This document shows, one piece after another, positions 19,681 to 30,642 of a DNA stretch of 64,000 nt. The DNA is from Dehalococcoidia bacterium (GTDB lineage: Bacteria > Chloroflexota > Dehalococcoidia > SM23-28-2 > RBG-16-64-32). A program made the position numbers and the translations under genes. Every line of letters begins with the position of its first letter. Position 1 is the first letter of the stretch. The notes below the pieces were generated by a model that worked only from the letters and a program-made list of their open reading frames with translations, ran no database searches and was not told the DNA's origin. The stretch lies in the NCBI GenBank assembly GCA_963665775.2, contig CAXXTF010000002.1:1-64000 (forward strand). The letters are read 5' to 3'.

Positions 19681-20874
19681 CTAGTCTTTGGCCAATATCA
19701 CGGTAACCCCGCTGTGTTGTGTGCCCAGACTGCCGCCCGTGCCGTGGCAGAGGACTACCTTGCAGTCCTTCACCTGCCTCTTCCCTTCGTTGCCCCGTAG
19801 CTGACGGGTAGCCTCAATCAGGAGAAAGATGCCGCGGCAGCCGGGATGGTTGGAGGAGAGCCCGCCACCATCGGTGTTGAGGGGCAGCTCCCCATCCAAT
19901 CGCAGCCGTCCACCTTCGACAAACGCCCCGCCTTCGCCGAACTGGCAGAACCCCAACCCCTCCAGCGTGGTCAGAACGGTGATCGTGTAGGAGTCGTAGA
20001 GCATGGCCAGGTCGATGTCGTCATGCGTCACCCCGGCGGCGGCGAAGGCCCGCGGGCCCGAACGGGCGGCCGCTATCCTCCCGTAGTCCCGATAGCCGGC
20101 GCTGCGGTGCTCCACCGCCATGGCCCCACCGAGGAACCACACCGGCGCCTGCTTGCAGCCCCGCGCTACCTCCGGGCTGGCCACCACTATGGCGCCACCG
20201 CCGTCCGAGATCACGCAACAGTCCAGCAGGTGGAGCGGCGAGCAAACCAGGCGGGAGTTGACCACGTCCTCCACCGTGATGGGGCTCTGGTACTTAGCCT
20301 GGGGGTTCATCGAAGCGTGGTCTCGGGTGGCCACCGCGATCTCCGCCAATTGCTCGCTGGTGGTGCCGTACTCGTACATGTGACGCTGCGCGATCAGGGA
20401 GTAGCTGCTCACCCCGACCATTCCGTAGGGCGTATGGAAGGCATCGGTCCACCAGGGTGCCCGCCGGTCTGCTCCAACGGTGTTGCGTGCCCATTCCCTT
20501 GACCCGGTGCCGATGGCGATACCTCTACTGACGGAAAGATGGGAGTAGGTGATGAGCCCCACTTCCATCAAGCCCGCACGGATGAAGGCGGCAGCCTTCA
20601 TCAAGTGCGCCACGAAGGAAGAGCCCCCTACGTTGGTGTCGTCGATGATCCGGGGGTTGATGTTAAGGTAATCGCACATGGTCATGCCGCCTACCATCCC
20701 CACTGGAGAGGCGATCCCAAAGTAACCGTCCACATCCTTAAGGGTCAGGCCGGCGTCTTCCAGGGCGGCCCTGGCGCACTCCGCCTCTACGCGCAACTCC
20801 GTGGACCCAGGAATTACTCTTTGGGGGTGTTCATATGCACCGACGATGGCTGCTTTCCGGGCAAGGGAACCCAT
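19681..20874 (-). CDS. Thiolase-like protein, paralog of 9181-10386
   Basis: Same motifs (LHLLDCCVISDGGG, LYDSYT, LNTDGGGLSSNHPG); collinear end to end. Confidence 0.9.
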   Translation of the reverse strand: MGSLARKAAIVGAYEHPQRVIPGSTELRVEAECARAALEDAGLTLKDVDGYFGIASPVGMVGGMTMCDYLNINPRIIDDTNVGGSSFVAHLMKAAAFIRAGLMEVGLITYSHLSVSRGIAIGTGSREWARNTVGADRRAPWWTDAFHTPYGMVGVSSYSLIAQRHMYEYGTTSEQLAEIAVATRDHASMNPQAKYQSPITVEDVVNSRLVCSPLHLLDCCVISDGGGAIVVASPEVARGCKQAPVWFLGGAMAVEHRSAGYRDYGRIAAARSGPRAFAAAGVTHDDIDLAMLYDSYTITVLTTLEGLGFCQFGEGGAFVEGGRLRLDGELPLNTDGGGLSSNHPGCRGIFLLIEATRQLRGNEGKRQVKDCKVVLCHGTGGSLGTQHSGVTVILAKD

Positions 20875-21062
20875 CGAAACCTCCTTCTTACTGTAGGCTC
20901 GCTGCTCTTGGCTTAGCCAGGCGGCCAGCCCGCTATTTCGGCCTGATTATATACCTTTCCTAGTTCGTTCCTGTAGCCTAACGCTCGCGCTGAGGCCTGG
21001 AGCTTGGGGACGTCCATCATCCGATCTCCTTGGCCACCTCATGGCAAAGCAGCTATCCATTG

Positions 21063-21092
21063 TAGATACGGACGACATTATGGCACCCCACA
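21063..21092 (-). repeat. Copy of dispersed ~30-bp repeat
   Basis: Reverse complement TGTGGGGTGCCATAATGTCGTCCGTATCTA. Confidence 0.75.
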
Positions 21093-21261
21093 CTGTCTCT
21101 TGCCTACCCTACAGCCAGGCCCGACTCTTCTTCACCCCCTCTCTTGTCTCACATGTCCTGATACATCGCACTTGGTAGCGGCGATGCGACGTGATATGAT
21201 AGCCTCACGACTTTAGGCGCTATAGGATTGATCGTCGTTAGCTTTTTGAGGGTGCCGACAA

Positions 21262-21711
21262 ATGACCGAAGAGCAAGTCACTGAGATCTCCGGTTGGAGT
21301 GGTCACCGACGGATGAGCATAGACGAGATCGCGGCGTTGCAGCCTGGGCTAGGAACCATAATGCCTCAGGTCTCCCGACGCTATTGGATACTCTACTACG
21401 CGGCTAAGGCGGGGCACTGGCCGCTAGCCAATTTTCAGTTGAAGGAGATGCGCGAGCTGATGGAGTTCGGCGCGTTCACTCGCCCCAAGTATGTCGAGCA
21501 GCTTGACGAATTTATCGACCAGAAGCTCAGCGTCATTCAGGCATGCATCGAGAGGCAAGACTGGCCCGCGTTTGATGAGGCCTACCGCGACGCCATCACT
21601 GCGTCTAACATGTATCACGAGCTTAACGACAAACCCTTCATTCAGTGGAAGCTCCCCGATCACCCGCCGCCAGACTTTGATTTGACGCCGAAACCGCCGA
21701 CGTCGTCCTGA
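21262..21711 (+). CDS. Hypothetical helical-bundle protein
   Basis: SD GAGG; PGLGTIM...LYYAAKAGHWPLANFQLKE...FDEAY...SNMYH. Confidence 0.7.
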   Translation: MTEEQVTEISGWSGHRRMSIDEIAALQPGLGTIMPQVSRRYWILYYAAKAGHWPLANFQLKEMRELMEFGAFTRPKYVEQLDEFIDQKLSVIQACIERQDWPAFDEAYRDAITASNMYHELNDKPFIQWKLPDHPPPDFDLTPKPPTSS

Positions 21712-22238
21712 TCCTGTTACGGGAAGATAGCTGGCGCCTTTTTACCATAGGTGCCTTCGCGGCAACCTTCTCCTGGCTTCTCTGACAGTTGGCCAACGGG
21801 CTGGCTCGGCGGCGGCCCGTCGCGCTCTCATGGCATCGACCTCTTCTCCCTCCTAGGCTTTACTGCAAGGCGAGGAGAAAAGGCTGGCAGGGCTCATGAA
21901 TCAGGAGGGCGGACCCCAGGCCCACGCCTCCATCCGTCTTGCCCTGGGCCAGGTCAGGCACGAGAAAGCAGGCCTATTCCGCGATGCGCGCGGCCTTGGG
22001 AAGGCTGCCGCCGAGGTGGCGCAGCTCCTGGAGCGATATCGAGGTCTGGGCATCCAAAATTCGGAGGGAGGGTTCTGGCCGCGCGGCTGTAGCTTGTTGC
22101 CGGAGCAGCACGGAGAGATTAACGTAAGAACAGAGCCATTACTTATCGTCGCGTAATAGACCAAATTCCGCTCCTAGTTCGAGGTGAGACGATGGTGTAT
22201 GGCCGTGCAGTGTGGTTCAGCCTCAAGGGGTGTCTGAA

Positions 22239-22808
22239 GTGGGCGTAAGCCGGCCTATCCTGGCGATCCTTGCCGCCGTTTCGCTGGCGGCCGCGCTGCC
22301 CGCCGCAGTCGAAGCGGAGCCCGTACATCGCACTGTCGGGAACTACGCGCTGACCGTCTACTACGCTCGTGACCCCCCATACCTGGCGGATACTAACTCG
22401 CTGATCGTGGAGGTGCTCGATGGCAGGACGGGCACGCCCGTTGCGGGCCTGGAGCGGACCCTGCGGATCCAGGGCTCGGTGACTGTCATCGTGGGGGAGA
22501 TACAGGGCCTCGACATCAATCTCCGCCCCTACGGGGATCGGCTAGGCGTCTACGAGGGGGTCTTTGTTACTCCCGCCATTGGCACGTACATGTTCCGCGT
22601 CTTCGGCACGATCGAAGGGATGCCTGTAGACGAGACGTTCACGACGGGCGATGGAGGCTTGGCTGAGGTCGAGGTGCCCCCGCGCGACTACACTTCACCG
22701 GGAGCTATCTTGGTGCTGGGCGTTCTTGGCGTCTACCTCCTCAGCATCGCGATTGTCGCCGGATGGCAGCTGACCAAGCGAATGCGGTCCACGAGTCCAC
22801 GCCGTTGA
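22239..22808 (+). CDS. Exported, C-terminally membrane-anchored Ig-like protein (start uncertain, 22212 or 22239)
   Basis: Signal peptide (AVEA), beta-rich core GVYEGVFVTPAIGTYMFRVFGTI, C-terminal TM helix and basic tail. Confidence 0.65.
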   Translation: MGVSRPILAILAAVSLAAALPAAVEAEPVHRTVGNYALTVYYARDPPYLADTNSLIVEVLDGRTGTPVAGLERTLRIQGSVTVIVGEIQGLDINLRPYGDRLGVYEGVFVTPAIGTYMFRVFGTIEGMPVDETFTTGDGGLAEVEVPPRDYTSPGAILVLGVLGVYLLSIAIVAGWQLTKRMRSTSPRR

Positions 22809-22825
22809 CCGGGAGTCACAGTGAT

Positions 22826-23260
22826 CTAGGATGGCTCCTCACGGATAACGTCGATTGCCCTGTCGAACGCGCCCCAAACTATGTGCGCGTAGGCCCGGAA
22901 GGCGGTGACCTCGGAATCGTCAGAAGCTAGTCGAGACACGTATGAGAGAAGGCCCCCAAACAAACGGATGAGTTCGCCGTACGCCAACCAACGTTCATCC
23001 GCGTCAATGCCAGACGCTAGGTCTATCCAATCCTTGGCCAGGAGACGCGCAGCGGAGACACACTCTTCGGTTCGTTGGCCATCCGATTCTAGTTGAGCCC
23101 TGTAATAGTCGAGAGCGGCACCCATGAGCAGGGTGGCGTAATCCATGGAGTGGTTGAACAACGGCATGTTCTGTCGCTCAGCACTCACCCAGCCTTGGAT
23201 CTCCTCCTGCTGGGCCCGAATCCATCCGCGGTCTGCGGCGAGCTCCTTAACTAGCACCAC
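22826..23260 (-). CDS. Hypothetical protein
   Basis: 144-aa helical-looking ORF with TATAAT just upstream on the minus strand. Confidence 0.5.
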   Translation of the reverse strand: MVLVKELAADRGWIRAQQEEIQGWVSAERQNMPLFNHSMDYATLLMGAALDYYRAQLESDGQRTEECVSAARLLAKDWIDLASGIDADERWLAYGELIRLFGGLLSYVSRLASDDSEVTAFRAYAHIVWGAFDRAIDVIREEPS

Positions 23261-23517
23261 AATATCATTATAGTGGCCGGGAGGGCGCCCTGGGTAAGCT
23301 GAGGCGGCAGCTCCGCGCTCAGCAGGCAGGTCTTAGACGTGGAGCAGTAGTCGCGCCCACGCGGGAGGGGCCGGCGGCCCTGGTCGATCTCGACCGCTAC
23401 ACGGCGCGCGCCCGATGTCGGTGGAGACAACGGAGTGGGCGGGCGCCACCCCGAGCAATTCGCGCCAGCGAAACCCCAGGCGCTATAGTTGCTTAGGACT
23501 CACTTTGCCTGACGATT

Positions 23518-23871
23518 ATGCTCCGCTCGATCAGCGCAGTCACCCTCGCGACTCACGACATGGCTCGCGCGGTCCGATTCTATCTGTCCCTTGGTTTCTC
23601 ACTCCGTTACGGGGGTGAGGATTCGGAATTCACCAGCTTCGATGTCGGCTCCTCGTACCTTAACCTCATTGGCCAACCTAGGGATCTTCAGTGGTCTTGG
23701 TGGGGCCGCATCATCTTCTATGTCTCCGACGTGGATGCTCTTTATGACCGTGCCGTGACGAAGGGACTGCTGCCCGAATTTTCACCCCGCGACGCTGAGT
23801 GGGGCGAACGGTACTTCCACATCACCGATCCGGACGGACATCAACTCAGTTTCGCGATGCCACTGGCCTAA
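23518..23871 (+). CDS. VOC/glyoxalase-family protein
   Basis: DMARAVRFY..LGF, FYVSDVDALY, PRDAEWGERYFHITDPDGHQL. Confidence 0.92.
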   Translation: MLRSISAVTLATHDMARAVRFYLSLGFSLRYGGEDSEFTSFDVGSSYLNLIGQPRDLQWSWWGRIIFYVSDVDALYDRAVTKGLLPEFSPRDAEWGERYFHITDPDGHQLSFAMPLA

Positions 23872-23996
23872 ACAGCGATTCAGTGGATAGACAGGAACTC
23901 TCGATGAGGCTAACTTAGCTCTGAGGACAGTGGCGTGACCCATTACAATGCTGTGCGCCGGGTCGCCAACGGTAGTCAGAGCGGTTCCTAGATCCG

Positions 23997-24116
23997 ATGA
24001 AGGTTATTGACCTGCGGAGCGACACGGTCACGCTGCCATCGCCCGAGATGCGGGAAGCGATTGCCGGCGCCGATCTGGGGGATGACGTCTTTAGCGATGA
24101 TCCTACGGTGAATCGT
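23997..24116 (+). pseudogene. ltaE: N-terminal remnant of low-specificity L-threonine aldolase
   Basis: [20 protein letters not shown]...[13 protein letters not shown], then similarity ends. Confidence 0.85.
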
Positions 24117-24267
24117 CAATCCTTCGCGTACTGCTGGAAGAACTTCCAGAACGCCGGCGCGTTTTCCCATCCGCACGAGTTGTTCAGCATCCGCCGCAGC
24201 GCTAACGTTCCCCGAAAAGGCTGCCGGTCAGTTACGCGCACCACGGCTCCGCAACGAGGACTCGCCA

Positions 24268-26130
24268 CTACGAGGCGGGTATGCTTGTGGCTTTCCTCCC
24301 CCTCGCCCGTTCAGCGGCGTGCAGGATGATCTTGCGTAGGCGAACGTTACGCGGCGTCACCTCCACGCACTCGTCTTCGCGGATGAACTCCAGCGCCTGC
24401 TCCAGTGAGAGCTGTCGGTGCGGGATGAGCTTCTCCGTCTCGTCGGACGTGGAGGAGCGGATATTCGTCTGCTTCTTCTCCTTACTGGGGTTGACGTCCA
24501 TATCTACGGCCCGGGCGTTCTCCCCGACGATCATCCCCTCGTAGACCTCGATGCCCGGGCCCACGAGCAGCATGCCCCGCTCCTGGAGGTTCAGGAGGGC
24601 GTAGGTCGCCGTCTGGCCGCGACGGTCCGCCACCAAACTGCCCGTCGGACGTGTCCGGAACTCGCCGTGCCAGGGCTCGTACCGCTCGAAAACGTGGTGC
24701 AAGATACCCGTTCCCCTCGTCTCGGTCATGAACTCCGTGTGGAAGCCGACTAGTCCCCTGGCTGGCGCCAGGTACTCCATCCTCACCCGGCCCGTCCCGT
24801 GGTTCACCACTTGCTCCGTCCGGCCCCTTCGCATCGCCAGAAGCTGGGTCGCCACCCCGAAGTACTCCTCCGGGACGTCGATGGCCACCCGTTCGACAGG
24901 CTCGTGTAGGGTCCCCTCAATAACCTTCGTCACCACCTGCGGCTTCCCCACCGTGATCTCGTAGCCCTCCCGTCTCATCGTTTCCACCAGGATCGCCATC
25001 TGGAGCTCGCCACGGCCCTGCACTTCCCAGGTGTCGGGCCTGTCCATGGGCCGGACCCTGATCGACACGTTGCCCACCACCTCGGCGTCCAGGCGGCTCT
25101 TCAGGAGCCGCGCCGTCAGCTTATCACCGTCCTGCCCTGCGAGAGGCGAAGTATTGACGCCGATAGTCATCGACATGCTGGGTTCATCGACTCGAATTAC
25201 GGGGAGGGGCCGCGGGTCCTCCGGATCAGTCAACGTATCGCCTATCGTGACATCGGGAAGGCCAGCGACGGTGATGATCTCTCCCGGCCCGGCTTCCGCC
25301 ACAGCCACGCGCTCAAGGGCCTCTGTCACGTAGAGCTCGGTAATCTTCATCGGCTCAACGCTGCCATCCTCCCGGCACCAGGCGATCACCTGCCCGCGCT
25401 TGATCGTGCCGTGATGGACGCGGCACAGGGCCAGCCGCCCCAGGTATGGCGAGGCGTCCAGGTTGGCGACGAGCGCCTGAACGGGATGGCCTTCGTCGTA
25501 GCGGGGCGCGGGGATGTAGTCGAGGAGCAACCCCAACAGCGGCTGGAGATTGCTCCCCGGCGCCGATGGGTCCAGCGAGGCCTGGCCCTTACGCGCGTCA
25601 CAGTACACGATGGGAAAGTCGATCTGTTCGTCATCGGCATCGAGGTCAAGAAACAGCTCGTACACCTCGTTGACGACTTCAGGGGTGCGCGCGTCCGGCC
25701 GGTCAATCTTATTGATCACAAGGATGATGGGCAGCCTCCGCTCCAGCGCCTTCCTCAACACGAAGCGCGTCTGGGGTAGCGGGCCCTCGCTGGCGTCGAC
25801 CAGCAGCAGGGCGCCGTCGACCATCGTCAGTCCACGCTCCACCTCACCGCCGAAGTCGGCGTGGCCTGGAGTGTCGACTATGTTGATCTTTACTCCCCGG
25901 TACCGGACAGCGGTGTTCTTGGCCAGGATAGTGATCCCCTTCTCCCGCTCCAGGTCCAGCGAGTCGAGGACCCGTTCGACTACATCTTGGTGCGCCTGAA
26001 AAACGCCGGACTGCCAGAGCATAGCGTCCACGAGAGTGGTCTTTCCGTGGTCTACGTGGGCGATGATCGCTATGTTTCGGATGTCATCTCTTTTGCTGGT
26101 TGCTGTCGATCGGCGATGCGGGTAGTTCAT
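24268..26130 (-). CDS. typA: Translational GTPase TypA/BipA
   Basis: [64 protein letters not shown]. Confidence 0.97.
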   Translation of the reverse strand: MNYPHRRSTATSKRDDIRNIAIIAHVDHGKTTLVDAMLWQSGVFQAHQDVVERVLDSLDLEREKGITILAKNTAVRYRGVKINIVDTPGHADFGGEVERGLTMVDGALLLVDASEGPLPQTRFVLRKALERRLPIILVINKIDRPDARTPEVVNEVYELFLDLDADDEQIDFPIVYCDARKGQASLDPSAPGSNLQPLLGLLLDYIPAPRYDEGHPVQALVANLDASPYLGRLALCRVHHGTIKRGQVIAWCREDGSVEPMKITELYVTEALERVAVAEAGPGEIITVAGLPDVTIGDTLTDPEDPRPLPVIRVDEPSMSMTIGVNTSPLAGQDGDKLTARLLKSRLDAEVVGNVSIRVRPMDRPDTWEVQGRGELQMAILVETMRREGYEITVGKPQVVTKVIEGTLHEPVERVAIDVPEEYFGVATQLLAMRRGRTEQVVNHGTGRVRMEYLAPARGLVGFHTEFMTETRGTGILHHVFERYEPWHGEFRTRPTGSLVADRRGQTATYALLNLQERGMLLVGPGIEVYEGMIVGENARAVDMDVNPSKEKKQTNIRSSTSDETEKLIPHRQLSLEQALEFIREDECVEVTPRNVRLRKIILHAAERARGRKATSIPAS

Positions 26131-26514
26131 GGGTAGCTACTTCTCCTGACTGAGACAAGCTTACCTCAAAGCCTCGAGTTCTGGCAGAACCTATAGGTTC
26201 GCTCAATAGCAGCTTCGATACGTGCTTCCTCTGATGATGGCCGCTCCCAGCAGGCGCGACAGGTCAAGGCAGACTGGGTGAACGCCACGCCGACGCCGGC
26301 AAACGGCCACAGGACACGCAACTCGCCCATGACCCCATGCTGCGCCAGCTCCCGCCTATCATAAATGTCTGGGCGACACTATGTGTTACTAGCGTCTCCC
26401 GGGTGCTGTTCGCAAGAAGGAGCCCCAACGACATTGGCGCCCGGCGGTATTAAACTGGTAAGGCGCAATACCGCGCTGAGGCAATACTAGCATTCCGGGT
26501 TAAAGGGGACAGCG

Positions 26515-28254
26515 ATGGCAGCCGAACGTAGGTTAAGGGCTACAGTCAATGTGGGCTCCTTCGAAGAGCTTCAGAGGGAAAAGGTTAAAGTAGTGTCAGC
26601 GGAAGGCAGAACCATTGCGGTCTTCCTTGATCAGGGCATGGTATATGCGGTGGACAATCGTTGTCCGCACATGGGGTTTCCCCTCCATAGGGGCACCGTG
26701 AGGGACGGAATTCTCACTTGCCACTGGCATCATGCGAAGTTCGACCTCGCTGGCGGCTGCACCTTCGATCCCTTTGCTGACGACGTGACATCGTTTCGCA
26801 TTGAACTACGAGAAGGGACCGTCTGGCTCGATCCGGAGCCGATCGAGGAACAGCGACTCGCACATTGGTCAAGGAAATTGGACGAGGGTCTAAAGCATGA
26901 CATTAGGTTGGTGCTTGCCAAGAGCGTCATTGGGCTCGAAGAACTTGGAGAGACAAGGGAGACCGTCCGAAAGGCCGCGCTCTTCGGAATCGAGTACCGT
27001 GCCGGAGGATGGAGCACAGGCCTATCGATTCTCACAGCGATGGCCAACGTTCTACCAGCGCTGTCCAAAGAGGATCGTCCATTGGCCCTCTATCACGGCC
27101 TGGTCCATGTGTCCCGATCGACGGCCAATCAGCCCCCGAACTTCGATCTGGAGCCGCTGGAGACAGAGGAAACCCGACCTGAACGGTATGTCGACTGGTT
27201 CAGGCGATTTGTCGAGGTCAGGGCTGAGGCGGCCGCCGAGCGGACCCTCAGAACCGCTATCCGCATAGGGCTATCACCCGGCGCAGTTGCCGACATGGTA
27301 TTCGCGGCTTGTACGGACCACTTATTCCTGGACACAGGGCACTCCCTGGACTTCGCTAACAAGGCGTTCGAGCTCTTGGACCATATCGGTTGGGAGTATG
27401 CGGAAGAGGTGTTGCCCTCGCTCATACCCAACTTAGTGTCAGCGCAGAGGATGGAAGAAACCTCCTCATGGCGCCATCCGGTGGACTTGGCGAGGCTGCT
27501 GGCTGACGTCTACGAAGAGCTGGGCGATGCTGTCGACCATGGTGGTGATCGGCTTAATGACTGGGATGGACACCAGGAGCTCGCACAAACGATCCTCGAC
27601 GGTGAACCGAGAGAGACGCTGACGACCATGCTGGGCCTAGTGAAACAGGGGGTCCCGCTGACAGAGCTTTCTGCAGCAGTTGCCTATGCGGCCGCGCGGC
27701 GGCCTGTGCACTTTAGGGTGTCCAACGAATTCTCGGATTGGGACACCGTCCATCACACTTTTACTTATGCGAACGCAGTGGACCAGGCGATGCGACGGGC
27801 GCCGTCTCCGCTCCTGGCTAGAGGCATATTCGATGGTGCGATGTCGGTCTATTTAGAGAGATTCCTCAACGTCCCCAAGCAGCCGACTCCTATCCCGTCT
27901 GGCCGAATCGTAACCGAGGAGGAGATTCTAGCTAGGTTCGACGGACAAGGCCAAGTAGACGAGACGGCGCAGCTCGTCGCCGATGCGCTGGACGCCGACA
28001 AGCAAGAAGAGGTTGTGCGCACGCTGGGCCACGCACTACTGCGGGAAGACTCCGGATTTCATCAGTTCCAAATCTACGAAGCTGGGCTCAGACAATATCG
28101 CACGTTTGAGGGTAAGCCTGAGGGGAATCACATACTTATAGGAGTCACCAGGTTTTTAACCGCGCACTACCCGACGGTGAGATCAACTGGGCAAACATAT
28201 GACATCGCGGCGCGACTGCACCGCGGTGAAGCGTTGCACGGGGAGGACGAATAA
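26515..28254 (+). CDS. Rieske [2Fe-2S] domain protein with large helical C-terminal region
   Basis: NRCPHMGFPL...TCHWHHAKFDL; His-containing helical segments (GHSLDF, VHHTFTY, GFHQFQ). Confidence 0.85.
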   Translation: MAAERRLRATVNVGSFEELQREKVKVVSAEGRTIAVFLDQGMVYAVDNRCPHMGFPLHRGTVRDGILTCHWHHAKFDLAGGCTFDPFADDVTSFRIELREGTVWLDPEPIEEQRLAHWSRKLDEGLKHDIRLVLAKSVIGLEELGETRETVRKAALFGIEYRAGGWSTGLSILTAMANVLPALSKEDRPLALYHGLVHVSRSTANQPPNFDLEPLETEETRPERYVDWFRRFVEVRAEAAAERTLRTAIRIGLSPGAVADMVFAACTDHLFLDTGHSLDFANKAFELLDHIGWEYAEEVLPSLIPNLVSAQRMEETSSWRHPVDLARLLADVYEELGDAVDHGGDRLNDWDGHQELAQTILDGEPRETLTTMLGLVKQGVPLTELSAAVAYAAARRPVHFRVSNEFSDWDTVHHTFTYANAVDQAMRRAPSPLLARGIFDGAMSVYLERFLNVPKQPTPIPSGRIVTEEEILARFDGQGQVDETAQLVADALDADKQEEVVRTLGHALLREDSGFHQFQIYEAGLRQYRTFEGKPEGNHILIGVTRFLTAHYPTVRSTGQTYDIAARLHRGEALHGEDE

Positions 28255-28267
28255 TACTGGGAGTCGC

Positions 28268-28298
28268 GGTGGGGGCTCAAGATTACATCCGTATCTGA
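28268..28298 (+). repeat. Copy of dispersed ~30-bp repeat
   Basis: GGTGGGGGCTCAAGATTACATCCGTATCTGA. Confidence 0.7.
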
Positions 28299-28570
28299 GT
28301 GGGAGCGTATAATGAATCCGGCAGGGAGCGCGAATCGATGAACCGGGTCGGCCGAATCTTGCGAGATATTGGCAAATTGCACATCGGCCAGCGCGGGTTC
28401 CACCGGTGGCAGAAATGGCGCGATCGGGCGTGGTGCAAGTACTGCGGCAAGGAGACGCCCGGCAGGCGAGGCACCTAGGACAACTCATTTTGGGATCATG
28501 ACCTGGGCGAGACACCAGAGCCAGACTGTGATCAGAAGTTGCTAACCAATGCCGGTGGGAGGTTAGGGCA

Positions 28571-29476
28571 GTGCAAGATCCGAGTGACGAGACTATCCAT
28601 CTGCGGGGCCGTCATCCTGATCGTCGGGGATCGCTCCGCTTCCATTACCGGGACTGGAGGGGAGAAGGACGGTCCCTGCTGCTCCTGCACGGCCTATCCT
28701 CCAACGCCCGCATCTGGGATCTTACGGCGCCTTACTTATCTGGGCGCTACCGAGTCATCGCCCTAGACCAGCGAGGCCACGGCCTTAGCGATAAGCCTGA
28801 CGACGGCTATACCTTTGAGGAAGTCGGCGGCGACCTGGCCGCCTTTATCAGGGCACTGGCCTTGGAGCGTCCCCTAATAGTCGGCCACTCCTGGGGCGGT
28901 AATGTTGCCCTCCAGTTTGCCGCTGACCGCCCAGATCAAGTCTCCGGCCTGGTCCTTGTGGACGGGGGGTTCCTAGAGATCACCGCCATCGAGGGGATGA
29001 CCTGGGAGCGGACGGAGGAAGTGATGGCACCACCGCCCTTAGATGGGATGAAGCTGGAGGATTTCCAGGTGGCCGTGCGCAGCCGTCTCGGCGAAGGCTG
29101 GAGCGAGCAGATTCAGGAGATCGTTCTGGCCAACTTTGAGGTGAGAGCAGACAGAACTATCAGCCCGCACCTGTCCCGGGCCAATCATATGAACATCCTG
29201 CGTTCCACCTGGGAACAGAAGCCTTCGCAGCTGTGGGAGCGGCTACTCTGCCCCACCCTCCTCATACCTGCGGCCAACGATAATCCCAATCCCGACAGCG
29301 CTATGTGGATGGAGGCCAAGCGCAGGACTATTGAGATAGCGCGCGATAAGTCGTCTCTCGTGAATGTCATGTGGATGGAGAACACGATCCACGATGTCCC
29401 ATTGCAGCGACCCGAGGAGCTGGCCGATGCGATTGCCGAGGTGGCCGCCACAATTCCCGAGTCGGCGGGAGGCTAG
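28571..29476 (+). CDS. Alpha/beta hydrolase
   Basis: LLLHG, DQRGHGLS, GHSWGG nucleophile elbow, C-terminal HDV..QRPE. Confidence 0.92.
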   Translation: MQDPSDETIHLRGRHPDRRGSLRFHYRDWRGEGRSLLLLHGLSSNARIWDLTAPYLSGRYRVIALDQRGHGLSDKPDDGYTFEEVGGDLAAFIRALALERPLIVGHSWGGNVALQFAADRPDQVSGLVLVDGGFLEITAIEGMTWERTEEVMAPPPLDGMKLEDFQVAVRSRLGEGWSEQIQEIVLANFEVRADRTISPHLSRANHMNILRSTWEQKPSQLWERLLCPTLLIPAANDNPNPDSAMWMEAKRRTIEIARDKSSLVNVMWMENTIHDVPLQRPEELADAIAEVAATIPESAGG

Positions 29477-29790
29477 CTCCGCTTTAGGGCTCAACTTCCG
29501 ACCGCAGGCCGTTATAGGGTCGTCGTGGCAGGGTTAGGGATCTAATTGTGGAGGGGCAAAATCTCATCCTAGAGCAGTCCCTGCCGTCGCTGGCTCCTGA
29601 TATTATCCTAAGAGCACAGGCGGACGCTAGTCGCGGTCGTTGGCCAGGCCTCCAAGGTGGCCATCGATCGCCGGGCCGTTGTCTTCCGGCGAAGGTTGGC
29701 GTAACATCTGACCACTTGCACTCTTCGCGGAGCGGGAAGGCGCAAGTCGAACGGGCCCCTACCGCTCCCCATCGGTTGGGTGGATCTGGT

Positions 29791-30165
29791 ATGTATGATG
29801 TCGATCGGGATAGGTTCGAGGAGCTCGTGTCCGCCGCGGTCCACGATCTGCCACCTGCGTTTCGCGACCGGATCGCTAACCTCGAGTTTATTGTCGAGGA
29901 CTGGGCCAGGAGCGAAGACTATGGGCAGATGGGCGTTGGGCCGGGGAGCACGCTGCTGGGCGTCTACCGGGGCATCCCTCTGCCCCTACGCCGACGCTAC
30001 AATATGGCGCTTCCCGACACGATCGTCATCTTCCAGCAGCCGATTCAGCGGATTTCTGGTGACGCGGCGGACCTGGCGGATCGGGTGAATCACGTTGTCA
30101 GACACGAAGTGGCTCACTATTTCGGCATCAGCGACGAGCGTCTGAGAGAGATCGATGCGTACTGA
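29791..30165 (+). CDS. Zincin-like minimal metallopeptidase (DUF1025/Zincin_1)
   Basis: LLGVYRGIPL, LPDTIVIFQ.PI, HEVAHYFGISDERL; start reset to MYDVDR. Confidence 0.88.
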   Translation: MYDVDRDRFEELVSAAVHDLPPAFRDRIANLEFIVEDWARSEDYGQMGVGPGSTLLGVYRGIPLPLRRRYNMALPDTIVIFQQPIQRISGDAADLADRVNHVVRHEVAHYFGISDERLREIDAY

Positions 30166-30182
30166 GGGTGACTGGAGGCAAG

Positions 30183-30368
30183 CTAGAAAAAGCGGCCCCC
30201 GCCGCGACGGACGCGAATCTCCGCTATGGCCCTGTCCACGGAGACGCGATCCGCCTGCTTCCGGTGCTCCTGGGCCGCGCGATACTCTTCAAGCTTCTCC
30301 GGGTTCTCCTCAAGGTCAGGCCTGTGCCCGACCATCATTCGGAACAGCCGCACGATCGCTTTGAACAT
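30183..30368 (-). CDS. Small hypothetical protein
   Basis: SD GGAGGG before ATG; 61 aa, amphipathic. Confidence 0.5.
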   Translation of the reverse strand: MFKAIVRLFRMMVGHRPDLEENPEKLEEYRAAQEHRKQADRVSVDRAIAEIRVRRGGGRFF

Positions 30369-30642
30369 GACACCCTCCAGTTCGGCAGGACTCTCCGCTC
30401 AGTATATCACCGGGGTGAAGCCTTTTAGCTGAGATCAGCTGCCGAAGACCCCCGGGTCGGATTATCCGGGCGCAGCCATCATGCTGGGAGATCCTCCTTC
30501 GGCGGCGCCGCTGACGCCCCGGTACCAATTGGCCAGCTCCCGGCTGATCGGTTCTGTCAGAACTCAGGGCTAGGGGGTAAGCTTGTCCCAATGTAGGAGG
30601 GGATACAATGACCGTACACAATTGCGTAAGCGGGAGGCAGTC

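Noticed and set aside
18810-23298. 13-bp match CGCCCTGGGTAAG at ~18810 and ~23286
   Set aside because: Only two copies, with different spacing to nearby -10 boxes; could be chance.
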